In this document: positions 25,731-39,282 of the stretch, piece by piece
How the letters are laid out: every line of letters begins with the position of its first letter
Numbering within the stretch: the first letter of the stretch is position 1
Source: Podarcis erhardii
Lineage: Eukaryota
NCBI GenBank assembly: GCA_964252035.1
Contig: OZ176205.1
DNA: 64,000 bases
Reading direction: 5' to 3' (one strand)
Program-made: the position numbers and the translations under genes
Notes under the pieces: generated by a model
What the model was told of the DNA's origin: nothing
What the model saw: only the letters and a program-made list of their open reading frames with translations
Databases searched by the model: none

Positions 25731-26852
25731 GAGTAAAAGGATTTTTAAAAAAGAAAAGCTAACCTTATTTATAATCACATGAGCTTTTATAGGCAAGTTC
25801 CTGTTTTGTTAGATGCATTAAATCTTGCATTGCAGGGGGTTGGGGTCCCTTCCAACTCTACAATTCTATGAAATCAGGGATGGGGAAAGAAACATGACCC
25901 TCCAGACATCTCTAACTGGCCCTCGGGTCTCTCCAAGGCCATATCCCTTGCTTAGGCCAGACCCCTCTGTGGGATGCCCCTCTGCCATGACATCGTCATG
26001 TCCTTTTGACTGGCTGGAATATATCCTTTGACTGTGATCATGCCTCTTGCCTGCCTGGATGGAGAGAGGTGGTGTGTGTGTGTGCGCGCGCTGGGACCTC
26101 TAGTTTCTGCATTGTTGGAGTGTAACCCACTGGATGTAAGAATCACCTCTTGGTCCACCCACTTTTTATTCCGGTCCTGCCAGCTCTGCCACTGTCTGCT
26201 GAGAGGTAGGTTCCAGTCTATGAAAACTTGGGCCACAATAACTTTGTTAACCTTTAAAGCGCCTCAGACTCTCAGTGGCTTATTATCTTTATGAAGGGGA
26301 ATCAGTCACCAAATCCCAGAGATCAATGTAAGGATCAATAAAAAGCCAGCCCTGGAAAAATATCATTGACATTTGAAAGTGACAAGTTCAGCCCCGTAAC
26401 AGCAGCCTGCAGAATCACTCTCAGCATTGGAAAGGCACACAAATCCAACCTGATGCAATTGCGTCTCTTAAGGCAGGATCCTCCATCCACCAAATGAACA
26501 TGATCTTATAGTGGGTTTGCAAATGGGTGCAAAATAGTCTACTCCTGTGCTTGTCTGCTTGGCCTCTGCTCCATACCCTCAAGCCATGCATTTTTTCTTG
26601 CATGCATATAGACAAAGAGGGGCAGTGAAAGACAGCCAAATCTTTCAAATCTAAAATGCCTACTGTGCACCTAAGATTGAAGAGCAACAGCTAAGGATAT
26701 TTGGGGGGAGTGGGGGGAAGATTTATTTGGGGCAGGCCAAAATGGAATCTGTTCAAAAATGCGTAACTTAACATGTTAATTCTTTCAAGTACCTCAAGGC
26801 TTCCAGTTCCAAGATTACCTTAAGTGACCTTTTTAGCAGCAGAGGTGCTAGG

Positions 26853-26900
<48 letters not shown>
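26853..26900. repeat. (TTA)n microsatellite
   Basis: About 15 units. Confidence 0.95.
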
Positions 26901-26901
<1 letters not shown>

Positions 26902-27999
26902 GCATTCTTTAGCATTCATCTAACATAGCTACATTTACATGACTCTGCCTGCAGAGAAAACATAGAGTGTGTAAGCCTTTCAAAAGAATTTAAAGCAAGT
27001 GTCTGCATTTTACAAGAGAAATCATTAAGAGAAGCTCTGAGGAGGGGAGGGGGTAAAAGAGAAAGGTGTGTCTGGCATGCAGGCAATAATTTATATTAAG
27101 CCCAGAGCCTGCTTTTCTTTGCTTCCATGTGTCCTATGTGCACGGTAAATAGTCTAAACAAATTCTTAAACAGCAGCCTGAAAATTGTGTCTCGGCTTTG
27201 AGATGCTGGGTTATTCCAATGGCTGTGGATGATTTCATAGTCTTCAGATGTACCGAGCCCTATTTACCCATTACAATGTCCTTTCTTATGGATTTCACAG
27301 TAGGACTAGCGATTTCTGTCAAGGCAGCCATCAGAGCTGTGGATGCATTTGAAATTTTGCTATTTAAATTCTATCCCTGCCCTTGTGTGCATGCCAAACA
27401 AGAGACACATTTCAGCAGGAACAATTTAGCAAATCCATTGCAAAAATGGCAAGGAGATCAAACTGAGAGCATCAGAGAGAGAGAGAGAAGCTCAATTTGT
27501 ACGCAGCAGAGACCCACAGCTAAGGGGGGGAAGATATGCTTATTATTTAACTGCCCATCCAGTAATACCATAGCGGTTAGATCCCAGGCTTCAAAGTGGA
27601 CAGAACAAACAGAGGCGGTTTGCTTTAATGCAGAGGCTGAGATGACCAGATTGAGAAAAGCAACTCACACGTTGCTCTTTGAAGGAACATAGAGATAAGG
27701 AAGGGCAAACCCTCATTCATTTCCCAGACAAAAGTCACAGGGTGCTTCCAGACAGTTGCTTACTTTGCAAGCAGGTCACTGAGATACTACAAACCAGACA
27801 TTGGCATCAGAGGGTATTTTTTTAAAAAATGTTCACCAGCTATCCCCCAGAAAGGGTAAATCCAGATTAAATTAGACCTTGTGTGGATGTTGCAAAACAA
27901 ACAAACAAACAAACAAAAAACAACAACAACAAAAGAACACCAGTCCCAAATTATCCCCAATCTGGTAGTACCCATGTTCTATGGCGGGGATACAGAGCC

Positions 28000-28115
28000 T
28001 GGGGCCCTTTGATGGACTCCAGTTTCCAGCAGCCCCAGGATACATTGCCAATGGTCAGGGATGATGGGAAGTGGAGTCCAACAACATCTGGAGCACCACA
28101 GGTTCCCCATTCCTG
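28000..28115. mobile_element. hAT MITE (same family as 13071)
   Basis: ggtcagggatgatgggaagtggagtccaacaacatctggagcaccacaggttcccca. Confidence 0.65.
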
Positions 28116-28437
28116 CTCTACGGTATCCAAATGCTTAGGGCAGACAAATATTGCTTGTGTCTTTAAAGAAGTAATATGGGAAGCAGTTCTCCAGGAACTG
28201 CTGAAGGTGGCAGGAGTGTCAGCAGGTTCAACTAAGCAGTGCCTTCGTGACGACTGGTTTCTTCCTTGTCACTGCAAATCACATTCAGCCCTAAGAGAAT
28301 ACATCACCTGTCCTCTTCTTCTTCAGCCTACTCAGAACTTGATGTTTTCCCGCCTCCCTGCAGTCTCATCAGACTACATTTTGTTCCTTCTGTCCTGCTA
28401 TTTCTGTGCAGCAGGCACATAAGCACCAAAGCCCTTC

Positions 28438-28440
<3 letters not shown>

Positions 28441-28485
<45 letters not shown>
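28441..28485. repeat. (CA)n microsatellite
   Basis: About 22 perfect units. Confidence 0.97.
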
Positions 28486-28486
<1 letters not shown>

Positions 28487-29961
28487 ATGGTTGCAAGAGC
28501 ATGGGTTGCCCCACACAATAAAGACTAGGGTTGGGTTAGGTTTCTGCAGTATGTCTCTGGAATGTGAAAGATGGATCAAGGCATTAGAGCTACGGGGGGC
28601 GGGGATGCTACAAGAAGGAAAGTGTGTTGTTTCCTGTTGGAGAGGGAAGCCAGAATGAGAGCCTGGCTGTGGGCCAAATGGGTTACTGCCAAGTGCTCCA
28701 CATTCTGAGAGCACAAAGGGTGCGTGAATAATGTCAAATTGTAACACTGCCAGGAAAAGTGGGGAGCAAGCAAAGGGGAAACAGATAAAGAAAGGTTGGT
28801 GGTGCGGAGTTGCTGTGATTGATTACTCAGCAGCATTTTGATTCCTGAGCCAACAGAGGCTGCTCTGATACTTTCTCCCTCTCTTCTTCTTCTTTTAAAA
28901 GCTCTTCAGTGTGAACATGCTATTTGTCGAGTAAAAGATAAGGAAGGAACAACAGGCTGCTATTTTGCAGGATAATTTTATGGGGTGTTTGCGTGGAAAG
29001 GAGATGGAAGCACGAAGCAAGCAAAGCCTGAAGAATAATTATGCTCCACTGTATGAACAATGATTACAAAATTATGCAACTGATTAACCATGACATACAT
29101 GTAATTACTAATGAGTTTGATAAAATTTTAATTATACCTTGTTCTTCAGGGTATTCAGCAAGCCATGAAAATAATAATCATGTAGCTCTCTGTCACAGAT
29201 GATTGCTCCAACTGGAGGAGCTGTGACAAGCTGGAAAGTCCTTGGCTGGAACGTGATGCAAAGCAGAGGGAAGTGGCTGCAACAAGCCAAGGCTGGCAGG
29301 CGTCTTACAGGCAAACCATCCTCCACTATTGTATTTCTTGGGATGCTGGGAGGAGTTTCATCTACACACTTAACTGCTCTTGCATAAGATGCTGTTGCTA
29401 AACACCCATTAGAAGGGAAGACCCCAAACCCATTTCCATCTACCGGCTCACGTTTGCTTTGACTCTGCAACTGATGACTCACTCTACTCATCCACTTCTT
29501 ATTTTGTCACTCTGCTATTGAATGCTATACAAGATATATAGGATTAATCTGGAAAGAAACTTGTTTGAATGAAGTCATCTCCAGTGGATAAAAATAAAAG
29601 GTTTTGAGTTTCTGGGGAAATGATATTTAACTCAGATGAAGTGAGAAGGTTCATTTTTAAAGAGCGCACTTCACCCAAGTCTCTCCTAAATTTTCTTTTC
29701 TACTGCTGTGTAAATTCTGATGAGAGTTGCACTTTCAAATCACTCCTAATAGCAAATAAAATCTGCCAACAGGACTGCACAAAAATGGGGCCCCATAGAA
29801 ACAAGAATGGGGTATCAGTGTGTATTCAGGATTCCCCAAGATTTGAAGAACCACAAGAAGTACTAGTTACAGATAGGTAGCCGTGTTGGTCTGCCATGGT
29901 CAAAACAAAATAAAAAAATTCCTTCCAGTAGCACCTTAAAGACCAACTGAGTTAGTTCTAG

Positions 29962-29999
29962 GTATGAGCTTTCGTGTGCATGCACACTTCTTCAGATAC
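29962..29999 (-). ncRNA. Minimal type I hammerhead ribozyme motif (mirror copy, sense to TAFA3)
   Basis: Exact reverse complement of 30009-30046. Confidence 0.72.
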
Positions 30000-30008
30000 A
30001 CTTCTTCA

Positions 30009-30046
30009 GTATCTGAAGAAGTGTGCATGCACACGAAAGCTCATAC
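30009..30046 (+). ncRNA. Minimal type I hammerhead ribozyme motif
   Basis: GUAU-CUGAAGA-A-GUGUG(CAUG)CACAC-GAAA-GCU-C-AUAC: stem I GUAU/AUAC, stem II 5 bp, palindromic stem III AGCU. Predicted cleavage after C30042. Confidence 0.72.
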
Positions 30047-30117
30047 CTAGAACTAACTCAGTTGGTCTTTAAGGTGCTACTGGAAGGAATTTTTTTATTT
30101 TTTTTCACAAGAAGTAC

Positions 30118-30689
30118 TGTTGTAAGTTTTGGGGGGGGCAAGGATCCCCTAAATTCCTAGGCGCCGGATCCTCCCCATAATTCCTGGATTTAGTAAAGGT
30201 TGGAATTAATCAAGGTTTGATTAAACTGTGCCAAGCACTGCTGTGTTCAGCATGCACTGACTAGCCAGTCCAGCCTGGCATAGCTAGCTGAGTGTGGGTC
30301 ATTGGCGGAACAAAGCTGACGATGGCCAAGTCTTAAACCCTACAAAAGATGGGCCATCAGGAAATTCAGTGCCAGACAGCAAGGAGAAGGAAGCTCCTCC
30401 TCCAGCTGTGTGTCAGTGGGCAGAGACAAAAGGGATTGAAAAAGGTTTAGGATTTCAGTTTGGCCTGACATAAGCGAGCAGGAAGATCAGTTTGGAGTTT
30501 GCAAGCTGCAGAGAAAGTGGAGTCAGAGCACCACGTGGGCTGACAGGCAGAAAAAGGGACAGAGAGCATGGCTTTTTGCTATTTTGGATCCAAGACTGCT
30601 GTGCCTATGGGAGAAGCAACAGACCCTCTTGGGGGCTTGCCTGGCATCTCTGGAATCTCACACCACTTAGATTGGAATGTGGTGTAACA
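30118..30689. mobile_element. Possible solo LTR
   Basis: Starts TGTTGTAA and ends TGTAACA, with flanks gtac / gtat (4-bp TSD, one mismatch). 572 bp and more GC-rich than its surroundings. No clear poly(A) signal, so boundaries are uncertain. Confidence 0.4.
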
Positions 30690-31609
30690 GTATTAAGAAG
30701 GGAAAACTTAAAGGGTCACCCCCCACCCCCGAACAGCACAAGAAGGACCGATCCTGCTCAGTAACCACAGAATGCTGAGCATCTGTTGGGGGTGGGGGTA
30801 GAATAGAAATTCAGGGGTGGGGAGAGAATAGAATGGAGTATCCTGGAAGATGGGCTGACTGGCTGGAACTTCACACTGCTGGAGCAATCCACACTACATT
30901 GTGTTGCACATCCCACTTTTGAGCAATAAACAGAAAAATTCCCATTTTGAACAAAAATGGCTTTGTTCAGAATATGTGTCCGAGCATTAGAAAAAGCAGT
31001 TCCGATTACATGTTTTGATTACATTTAAAATAAAAAAGGAAATATAAGCAACTAAACAACCCAGTAACTGAAGCAACAATGGCACTCTAAAGTTTCTCAG
31101 AGTAGCTTCAGGCTTGATGGACAAGGATCTCGGGTAGGTGTATGAAGAGTCTTGTGGTTCCTGTCTCCATGTACTCTAATTTGATTTTTTTGTCACATGA
31201 AACTGTATTGAGATCTCTTAAAACGTGCTGCAGTGTAAGCTGTGGATCTCCACTGCCTTCCTGACATACAGCTGCTTTTCTCTTCTTCCCTTCCCAAACC
31301 TCCTGCCATTGCACTGGCCATGGCGATCCTTTTTTAGGTATATAGCAACTGCCTAACAAATACACAAAGAAGTCAGATATCCATTGTCACTTATCTGAAA
31401 TGACTTTGAACTGAGATCTTTATGACAGGTGGTCAGGAATGGACAAGATGCATTGTGGGGCTCTTGAGCCACTATATGCCCCGAACATACTGTTGTTTAC
31501 TTGGCCTGCCAGATATTACAAAACAGAGTCAACTATTTGAAATAGATTCAAAGCATCACAATTGTCATTCACAAAATTATGCACTAAGTGGATCTCATAA
31601 AAAGGATCA

Positions 31610-31894
<285 letters not shown>

Positions 31895-33459
31895 TTACTC
31901 CTCAGGAGAAAGTGTATGCAGTCAGTGAAGTGGATCATCTCTTTGTGGCAGCAAAAGGCCCCAATATAAACAGAAACTGAAAGAAACGTTTACCATAATC
32001 TTAAATGTTATCAGGTCAGCTCCAGAGTGGACCAATATGAACACTCAAGTCAATTCCCTTTCATTCATTCATTCATTCATGTTGTCGTCGCTGTTGTTAT
32101 GATTATGAGTTTCTATACCACTTAATATCCAAAAAATTCCAAGCAGTCTACAATCAAACATAAAGCATCAAACACAACAGTGCAAAATATGAAAATAAGA
32201 CAATACTAACTAAGATCAAATGCAAGATGCACATTTAAGGCAGCATGGTTAGCAGGAAAACAAAATAACCTCTTAAACACATTTTTTAAAAAAAAAAACG
32301 GTGCAGGAGCATCACTGCATCTTCACACATCCCAAGGATGGAGTGCTGGCTAGTACTACAATTGAACCAAGCAGCCCCAAAGCATATTTTAATACTTGTG
32401 TCTCTACCCACTATAGGGGCCATCCGCCATGCCAACCTGCAGTGCAACACTGGAATAATCTGAAGACACAGGTCATAAGAAAAACTCATGTCATTATCAA
32501 CCCAAGTTCTGCCACAAACATGACCAAAGTCGGAAAGATCATCAGGTAAATCCTTCAGGGCCAGAGAGGAAGAAATGTAATGAAAAAGCAGCAGTGTTCC
32601 GTTCAAAAGGGAGGTGTGGGGATTGAATGAGCTTGGCAGGAAGTGCACACCATGACAGAATTGGTGGGAAGAGTTGTCTTGGTGAATTAGGGCTTCCCTG
32701 GCTCCTGACAGTTTCAAAGACAAAATACATGTTAATGACAAATGGGCAAGAGAAAGCAACCTTGAGAGGCTAACTGAAACAGAGATGTTGTACCTAATGG
32801 TGCCAGGGCCCTAATTTAAAATCAGAGCGAGGTCTGCTTCTCTCAAGTTCTTTCTGACCTTAGACATTGGGCTAAAGTCAAAGGTGGCATTGTAGGAGAC
32901 TAAAACTGCAGAGCCTGATTTTGCTTGGTCTGTCATCTTCTTCTCAACTCAGGACAACAGAAAGGCTAAGAAAAAAGAAATGGGAAGACTTGGAAGAAGG
33001 AAGAGACTGGCCCAGACATGCACAGGCAGCTGTGAGCCTCAGGTTCACATTCTCCACTTTCTTCTCCCAGCACAGTCACTTTAGCTTCCAGTTTTAAACT
33101 AGCATTACATCCCAGCTGGGAGAACACTGTTTAAATTCTGGTTTGTTTAACAAACCTGGATCATAAGCTATGGTTTGCTCCTGAATTGTTTAAACCAACC
33201 ATAGTTAAGACTAGATTTGTTTCAAATATTTACATCCAGCCAAAATGTTTTGGTGGTTTCAGTAGGCCTTTGGGACAAAGGAGAACAACTTTCAGGATTA
33301 GTGTACTTAGTAAACTTACAACTACACAAGGTGATCCAAGAGCTTTTCATCCATTAAAAAATAATAATGAGGAAATCAAAGCAGCTAGGATGCCCAGGTG
33401 CCGCCATACATTCTCACAACAGGACAGGAATATCCATGGAAATGATGCATGGGAAACAC

Positions 33460-33585
33460 ATGGCCCTGCAGGTGTTCTTGGATCCCTACCTCCCATCAGC
33501 TGCAACCAGCATGATGAATGGTCAGGGATGATGGGAGTTGGAGTCTAACATTTGCAGGGCCTTAAGTTCTCCATCCTTGGGTTAA
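33460..33585. mobile_element. hAT MITE (same family as 13071)
   Basis: ctcccatcagc...ggtcagggatgatgggagttggagtctaaca. Confidence 0.6.
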
Positions 33586-34737
33586 CATTACATTTGAAAG
33601 ACTGTACTGGGTCCTGGAACTTGTCCAGAGTGAGTAGCAGGTGCAATTTGGGTAAATACGTCTGCGAATGTTGATACAATTCTAGTTCACAGCTCAAGTA
33701 CACAAGACTGATTAATTAATTAATTTTATTTAAACTATTTGTCAGCTACCATTCAGCCAAAGCTCGCTGAGCAGCTTACAAAACTAAGTACACAGGAAAT
33801 AACAATCAAAATGAATTCACAGCAAGCAGTTAAATTATATATAGTGCTGATATATTTTTTGTTTCATAAACTTTATATACGACTTGGTTGTTAAAAAAAG
33901 CTTCAAGACAGTTTATAAAACAGATAAAACAAAATTACCAAGAAGAAATAAAACAATAATTCATTTTTTTCATGAAGTTAAATAACAATAGACTAAAAAC
34001 AGATAAAAACTGCAAAATCCTGGGACAACAAACAGGTTTTCAGCTGGCACTGAAAGAAAACCTGGAATGAATATTAAAATGGCACCAAGGGAACTTTCCT
34101 GGTAAGGGATTGTAAAGGTGTGGTGCCTCAGCTGAAAAGACCCAAACCCCTGCCTTGTTTCAGATGGTGGAGAAATTGGGAGCAGGGCTTTTGAGACCAA
34201 TCTAAAAATCATGCAGGAGTAGGGCTGTACTTCGGGAGATGAAAAAACCTCCTAGTTCTGCACATTAATTCTTCAGGATGCATAGAAGAAGAGATCTCAC
34301 TCGTTCAGAGGCTGGGGGTTGCCAATCAAACAGCAGGTTTCCACTACAGGGAAAAGAGAAGGCCCGTTTCACTGAGGGGATGAAGTTTTTGTTCTCTGAG
34401 CCAATTACTTTTTTTCCCCCAAATCCAGCAATAGCCAGAGTTTGTTGTGCCAGATCCATTGGTAATTCAGAACCTCTCTTCTGTGGTGAGTGAAGGGAAC
34501 TCCTCTTCCATCTACCCGCACCGCCCTGCAAGAACCAGCTGTTGATATAAATCAACTGAAAAGGGCCCTGAAGCAAAGTGAAAAGAAGACTCTCCTGACA
34601 GAGAACTCTCTGTAATCGGAATAATTGTTTTTGTCTTTTTTTTTAAATGTTTACAACAGAGCTACTTGCATCACAAATTATATGGTAGAACCACTATCCC
34701 AGGTTATTTGGAAGGTGATCTAACTAACTGAGGAAAG

Positions 34738-34926
34738 CGGCCATAGCTCTGTGAGACAAAGGGTCTGCTTTACACAGAGAAGGTCCCAAGTTCAGTATCT
34801 GGCGTCTCAAGGCAGGGCTAGAAAGACACATCTTTGAAATGTTTCACAGCCATATCTAGTAAGTGTCAACTATACTGCGCTAGATGGACCACTGGTCTGA
34901 CTCAATATAAGACAGCTTCCTATGTA
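34738..34926 (+). mobile_element. tRNA-derived SINE (Squam2-like)
   Basis: gcggccatagctc...agaaggtcccaagttca...ctagatggaccactggtctgactcaatataagacagcttcctatgt. Confidence 0.72.
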
Positions 34927-35936
34927 ATGGGAACATTTCAGGTCAAGTGAATAGTCCTTCTGCTATTCTGAGACAGTATGGAAGGGAGTAATGATGTCAT
35001 TTAGGCCCCATATGTACAACACATTTAAAGCAGTATCATGCCACTTTAAACACTCATTGCTTTCCCTAAAGAATCACGGGAACCAAAGTTTGTGAAGAGT
35101 GCTGAGGTGCTGTTGAGATGCCCATTCATCTCACAGAGCTACAACTTCCAGATTTCTCTAGGAAGAGGTGGTCCTGCAGCTAGGTGGGGCACCCACATTT
35201 CTAGGCAGGGCATTTATTGGACCGTGGAGGCACATATAGCACCAGTCAACCCTATGCCCATATTCACTGGAGGAGGTTGGGAGGGCCAGGCCACGGGAAG
35301 GGAGAGGCAATAACCTCCTATCACACTCATCTATGCAGAGTGTGTTAATTCACATAATGGGCTGTTTAAAGGCCAAGTTAACAGAAAATTTAGTAAGAAC
35401 ACCAGGATAACTGCCAAACGAACACCAGAAAATGCAATGCAAGCAAAAGTTTGTGCTATAACTAAGAAACTGTAAACAAGTATGGAGCATGTTTTTGTTA
35501 TTGTTTAAAAAAAGTTTTAAAACTGCAATGTGAAAAGAATAAAACCAGGTTTAGTATCAAGCAAGAGCATACTGCAGTGCAACGTTAGGGAGAGCAGAGC
35601 TTCAGAATAATATGCCTAAATTTCTTGTTGAAGTCCATGAGTCTGAGTCCTTAACTCTGTAGTATACTGTATTTACTGCGCAATATGCTTCCTTTTGTAA
35701 ACTTATAAAACGCTTGATAAACATCTGTGAAAGCTTCTGGACGGTAAGTTCACTTTTTCAGCAATGAGAACCAATTCTCCCCTGCTCATCATAACCATAA
35801 AATTAACAAACTTATATCTTACTGCAGGCAAACAAATATGCTTCTCTTTTTTGTAGAGAACAAAACTGAAACTGAAACTGAAAAGCAGAGCAAAGTCCAA
35901 GGGATGGAGTCTAATTGTGGCCCACAATACAAGATA

Positions 35937-36162
35937 CAGTGGTACCTCAGGTTAAGTACTTAATTCGTTCTGGAGGTCCGTTCTTAACCTGAAACTGTTC
36001 TTAACCTGAAGCACCACTTTAGCTAATGGGGCCTCCTGCTGCCACCGCGCCGCCGGAGCATGATTTCTGTTCTCATCCTGAAGCAAAGTTCTTAACCCGA
36101 GGTAATATTTCTGGGTTAGCGGAGTCTGTAACCTGAAGTGTATGTAACCCGAGGTACCACTG
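35937..36162 (+). mobile_element. Tc1/mariner (pogo/Tigger-like) MITE
   Basis: TA TSD. TIRs cagtggtacctc / gaggtaccactg. Same family as 50867, 53098 and 56454. Confidence 0.92.
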
Positions 36163-38179
36163 TACTAATAACTGACTTTTCCATGGTCATGTTACACTAG
36201 AGACTGTTTTTTCAAGATAGGGTGATTGTTTGATTGTTATAACGAAAAATTCACCTTTAGCCAGGGAAAGTCTTGAGTGAGCAGGGTTTGGGGCGGGGCG
36301 GGGGGGGGGGCTGGCCATAGGAGAAGTTCATTGTTAACCCAAGCTAGACTTCCACTTCCTTCCTAGAACCTGTACTGGTGACAGCTTTCACCTAAGCAGT
36401 TAAAATGATTCTGATCATTCCCAGAAGTAATAGCTCAACCAATGGTTTGAAGGATGAGGTGACTGGGAGATATGAACCATATTATATATTGTATTAGAAA
36501 TCTTTTTCTGCTTTCTTAGCACTTTTAATTGCTGAGGTATGTAGAGCATCCATAAGAACTTTATGTCCGGGCTGCAACTGATGTGGACACGATAATTTCT
36601 GTGAAATTCCAGTGGATAATTTCAGGGAAACTGCTTTGTTCACAAAATAAGAAGCACCTTTGTGAGGCTGCTTGGGGATGCAACCTTTCATGGGAATTGT
36701 ATCCTGTGTTTTTTAAGTAGTTTCTTGGCATCATGTACAAATCCATTTGCACCAGCCAAGCTGCCAAGCCAATCAATAATGCACCAGCAGAGGCTTCCAG
36801 CCACTTCAGATAGATCCAGAGTGACACAGCTCAATAAAATATAGATGGGGGTGGGTGGGTTAGTGCTTTGCACAGGTGATTAGATGGCATGTTCTTATTC
36901 ATGCTGGTAGCACTTACATTGCAGAAACAAGCTTTTCTAAGTAAAATAAAAATAAAAATAAATCAACAATAGACCTTAGAACCAGCCTTGGTTACTTGGT
37001 TGCTGACTAAAAAATAATATAAAGGAAACAGAGCCCTGTAAAGTGAGCCCCTTTCAGAATTAAACTAAGGAACATTCATACAAGAGCATTAAATATTGGT
37101 TCAGAGTTTGAAACTGAGCAAATCAACCCACAGGTCATTTATCTCTAAGTAATCATAGTGATTTATCTTTCAGAATAAGTATGGAACCTTCGTGTTGAGG
37201 GGCGAAATGCAAACTAAATAAATTGACAACAGTGCCACATACTGTATAACCAATTAACCGAGCCACGATTGCGTTAAAAACCTTTGGAGCTACAGAATTC
37301 TGAAATACCACCCAGTGGTTCCTTCTGTGCCACATCCCCTACCTATCATATATGCTGGAGTTCCATGATCTGTATTCTCCAGCAATGTAGGCCTTGTTTT
37401 GCCAGGGAGAAGGGAAGAAGAAGAGCACTTGAAATTATATACCAATTTCCTTTATTTTTTTAAAAAGCATTTTGGATATAAGAGTAAGGATCTATGGGAC
37501 CCATGGGAGGGCTGTCTATAGCCTACTGTACTATTGACAAAAATGATGGGAAAGGTCAGTCTTGTTGACTTCTGTCCCGCATGTGACTCCCTTCCCTTTA
37601 GCAGCAAAAGTGTTGGTGGTCTCGGTTTTCCAGGAAGAGCAGGAGTCTCAGTTTTCTAGTTTTCGAGCATGTCTGGCCAATGCCAATATCCATCGCAGTC
37701 AAAAACAGAGGTAGTCCACTAGTCTAGAATTTCACAAGTACTGAATCCCAAATCAATTACCTAACAATGAATTATCCTGAGAAGTTTAAAGAATGGTTGC
37801 AAAGATATGCCTGAAAACACATCGCTCCAAGAAGGTCCCCATGTGCAGCCAGTGGATAGAGCCTTAGATCTGGATGAGGCAAACTGAGTTCTGTACCCAG
37901 ACTGTGAAAATGAAACAACTAACGAGTTACTTCAGCGGGACATTTTTGAGAGTGAATGAATTCCAAATCCTAGCAAACAGTAATGATGGGCCCTATGACT
38001 CTGTTCCCCTGGGACAGCATACATAGTTCCCCATGTTCTGCCAGTCTGCCTTCAGTCTCTGCTCTTGCAATGGTGTTGTGGCTTTTGTTACTAGTTCAAA
38101 AACATGCAGCTTTAATAGGGAGAAGCCAACTCCAGATGTGAAGAGTAGAGAACCAGCGTGAAAGAAAAAAGCCTTTGGA

Positions 38180-38385
38180 GACGGTGTAGTGGTCAATGTC
38201 TCAGGCTGGGACCTGGGAAACCAGGGTTCAAATGCTAACTCACCCATGAAGCTCACTAGGTGATCTTAAGCCAGTCACTGTCTCTCAGCCTAGCCTACCA
38301 CACAGGGGTGTGGTGAGGACAAAAGGGAAAGGGGGAGAACCATGCATGCCACATTAAGCTCCTTGAAGGGAACGTGGAATCAATA
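38180..38385 (+). mobile_element. MIR/Ther1-derived SINE (Squam3-like)
   Basis: ggaaaccagggttcaaatgc...catgaagctcactaggtgatcttaagccagtcactgtctctcagcctagcctacc. Confidence 0.72.
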
Positions 38386-39102
38386 AGTTGTTGTTGTTGT
38401 GCCCCTTTCTGCACCAAAAATGTTCACTTGAAGAACATGCAGCTCAGCCCAAGACCTCAACCATTTTGATCTGTTAGGTTGCAATCCTAACAATGTGTAC
38501 TCAGAAGTAAGTCCCACTGAAGTGGGTCATGATTGCTGTGTTGGCCTTAACTATCTCACTCTGCCCCTAAGTGGTGTCTGCACCCCACACAGATGTTTTG
38601 GTGCTGGCACAAATTCAAAACCAGGGTAAGAAATAGGAGCGCCACTTAGGCAGTATTGCTGACTACTGTACAAAGTGATTTGAAGCTGTGCAAACCTGGA
38701 TTGACATGGCTTGCTTGGTGATGATGGCTGAATTACTAACTTCTTGATCCTGAAGATATTTACGTTTATTTGAATGTGACTTTATTCAAAGTGAATCAAG
38801 CTGTCGGGGCTGGTTTCTCAAATGCACATCCATCAGCTGTCAAATGATAATAATAAATTCTACCCATTTGAAAAGTGTGTTGTGCTTTCATAAAGAACCC
38901 GGTAAGAGCAGGAGATTATTTCTGATTGCAGCTAAATATACAGCTGATTTTGCTTAAACTACGAAGCCAGAAGTATCCAATGTAAATCTCCCAGCAGGCA
39001 CACCTAACTAGAATTAAGGCTCCAGAGCTAGGGGTGGGACTCTTAATCCATTCAACAGCAATTTCCAAACGCAAATGCACACTTTACAGAGAGACCTGCT
39101 CA

Positions 39103-39282
<180 letters not shown>

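Larger units (their letters stand above)
29865..30105. mobile_element. Penelope-like element remnant: two inverted pseudo-LTR fragments
   Basis: Perfect 93-bp inverted repeat (29907-29999 and 30009-30101). 13-bp TSD cacaagaagtact (29852-29864 and 30106-30118). The sequence resembles reptile Penelope/Neptune pLTRs (recalled, not searched). Confidence 0.82.

Noticed and set aside
28331-28375. Second hammerhead-like string on the minus strand (CUGAUGAG...GGGAAAAC...GUUC)
   Set aside because: Stem III could form (AAC/GUU), but stem I cannot pair and stem II lacks the closing G-C pair. A chance match.
27198-28422. Long ORFs of 164 aa and 179 aa
   Set aside because: No recognisable domain. They cross microsatellites and a MITE, and such lengths are expected by chance in six frames of 64 kb.
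32286-32759. 157-aa minus-strand ORF and overlapping plus-strand ORF, as a possible endogenous viral fragment
   Set aside because: No polymerase, capsid or Rep motifs could be recognised in any frame.
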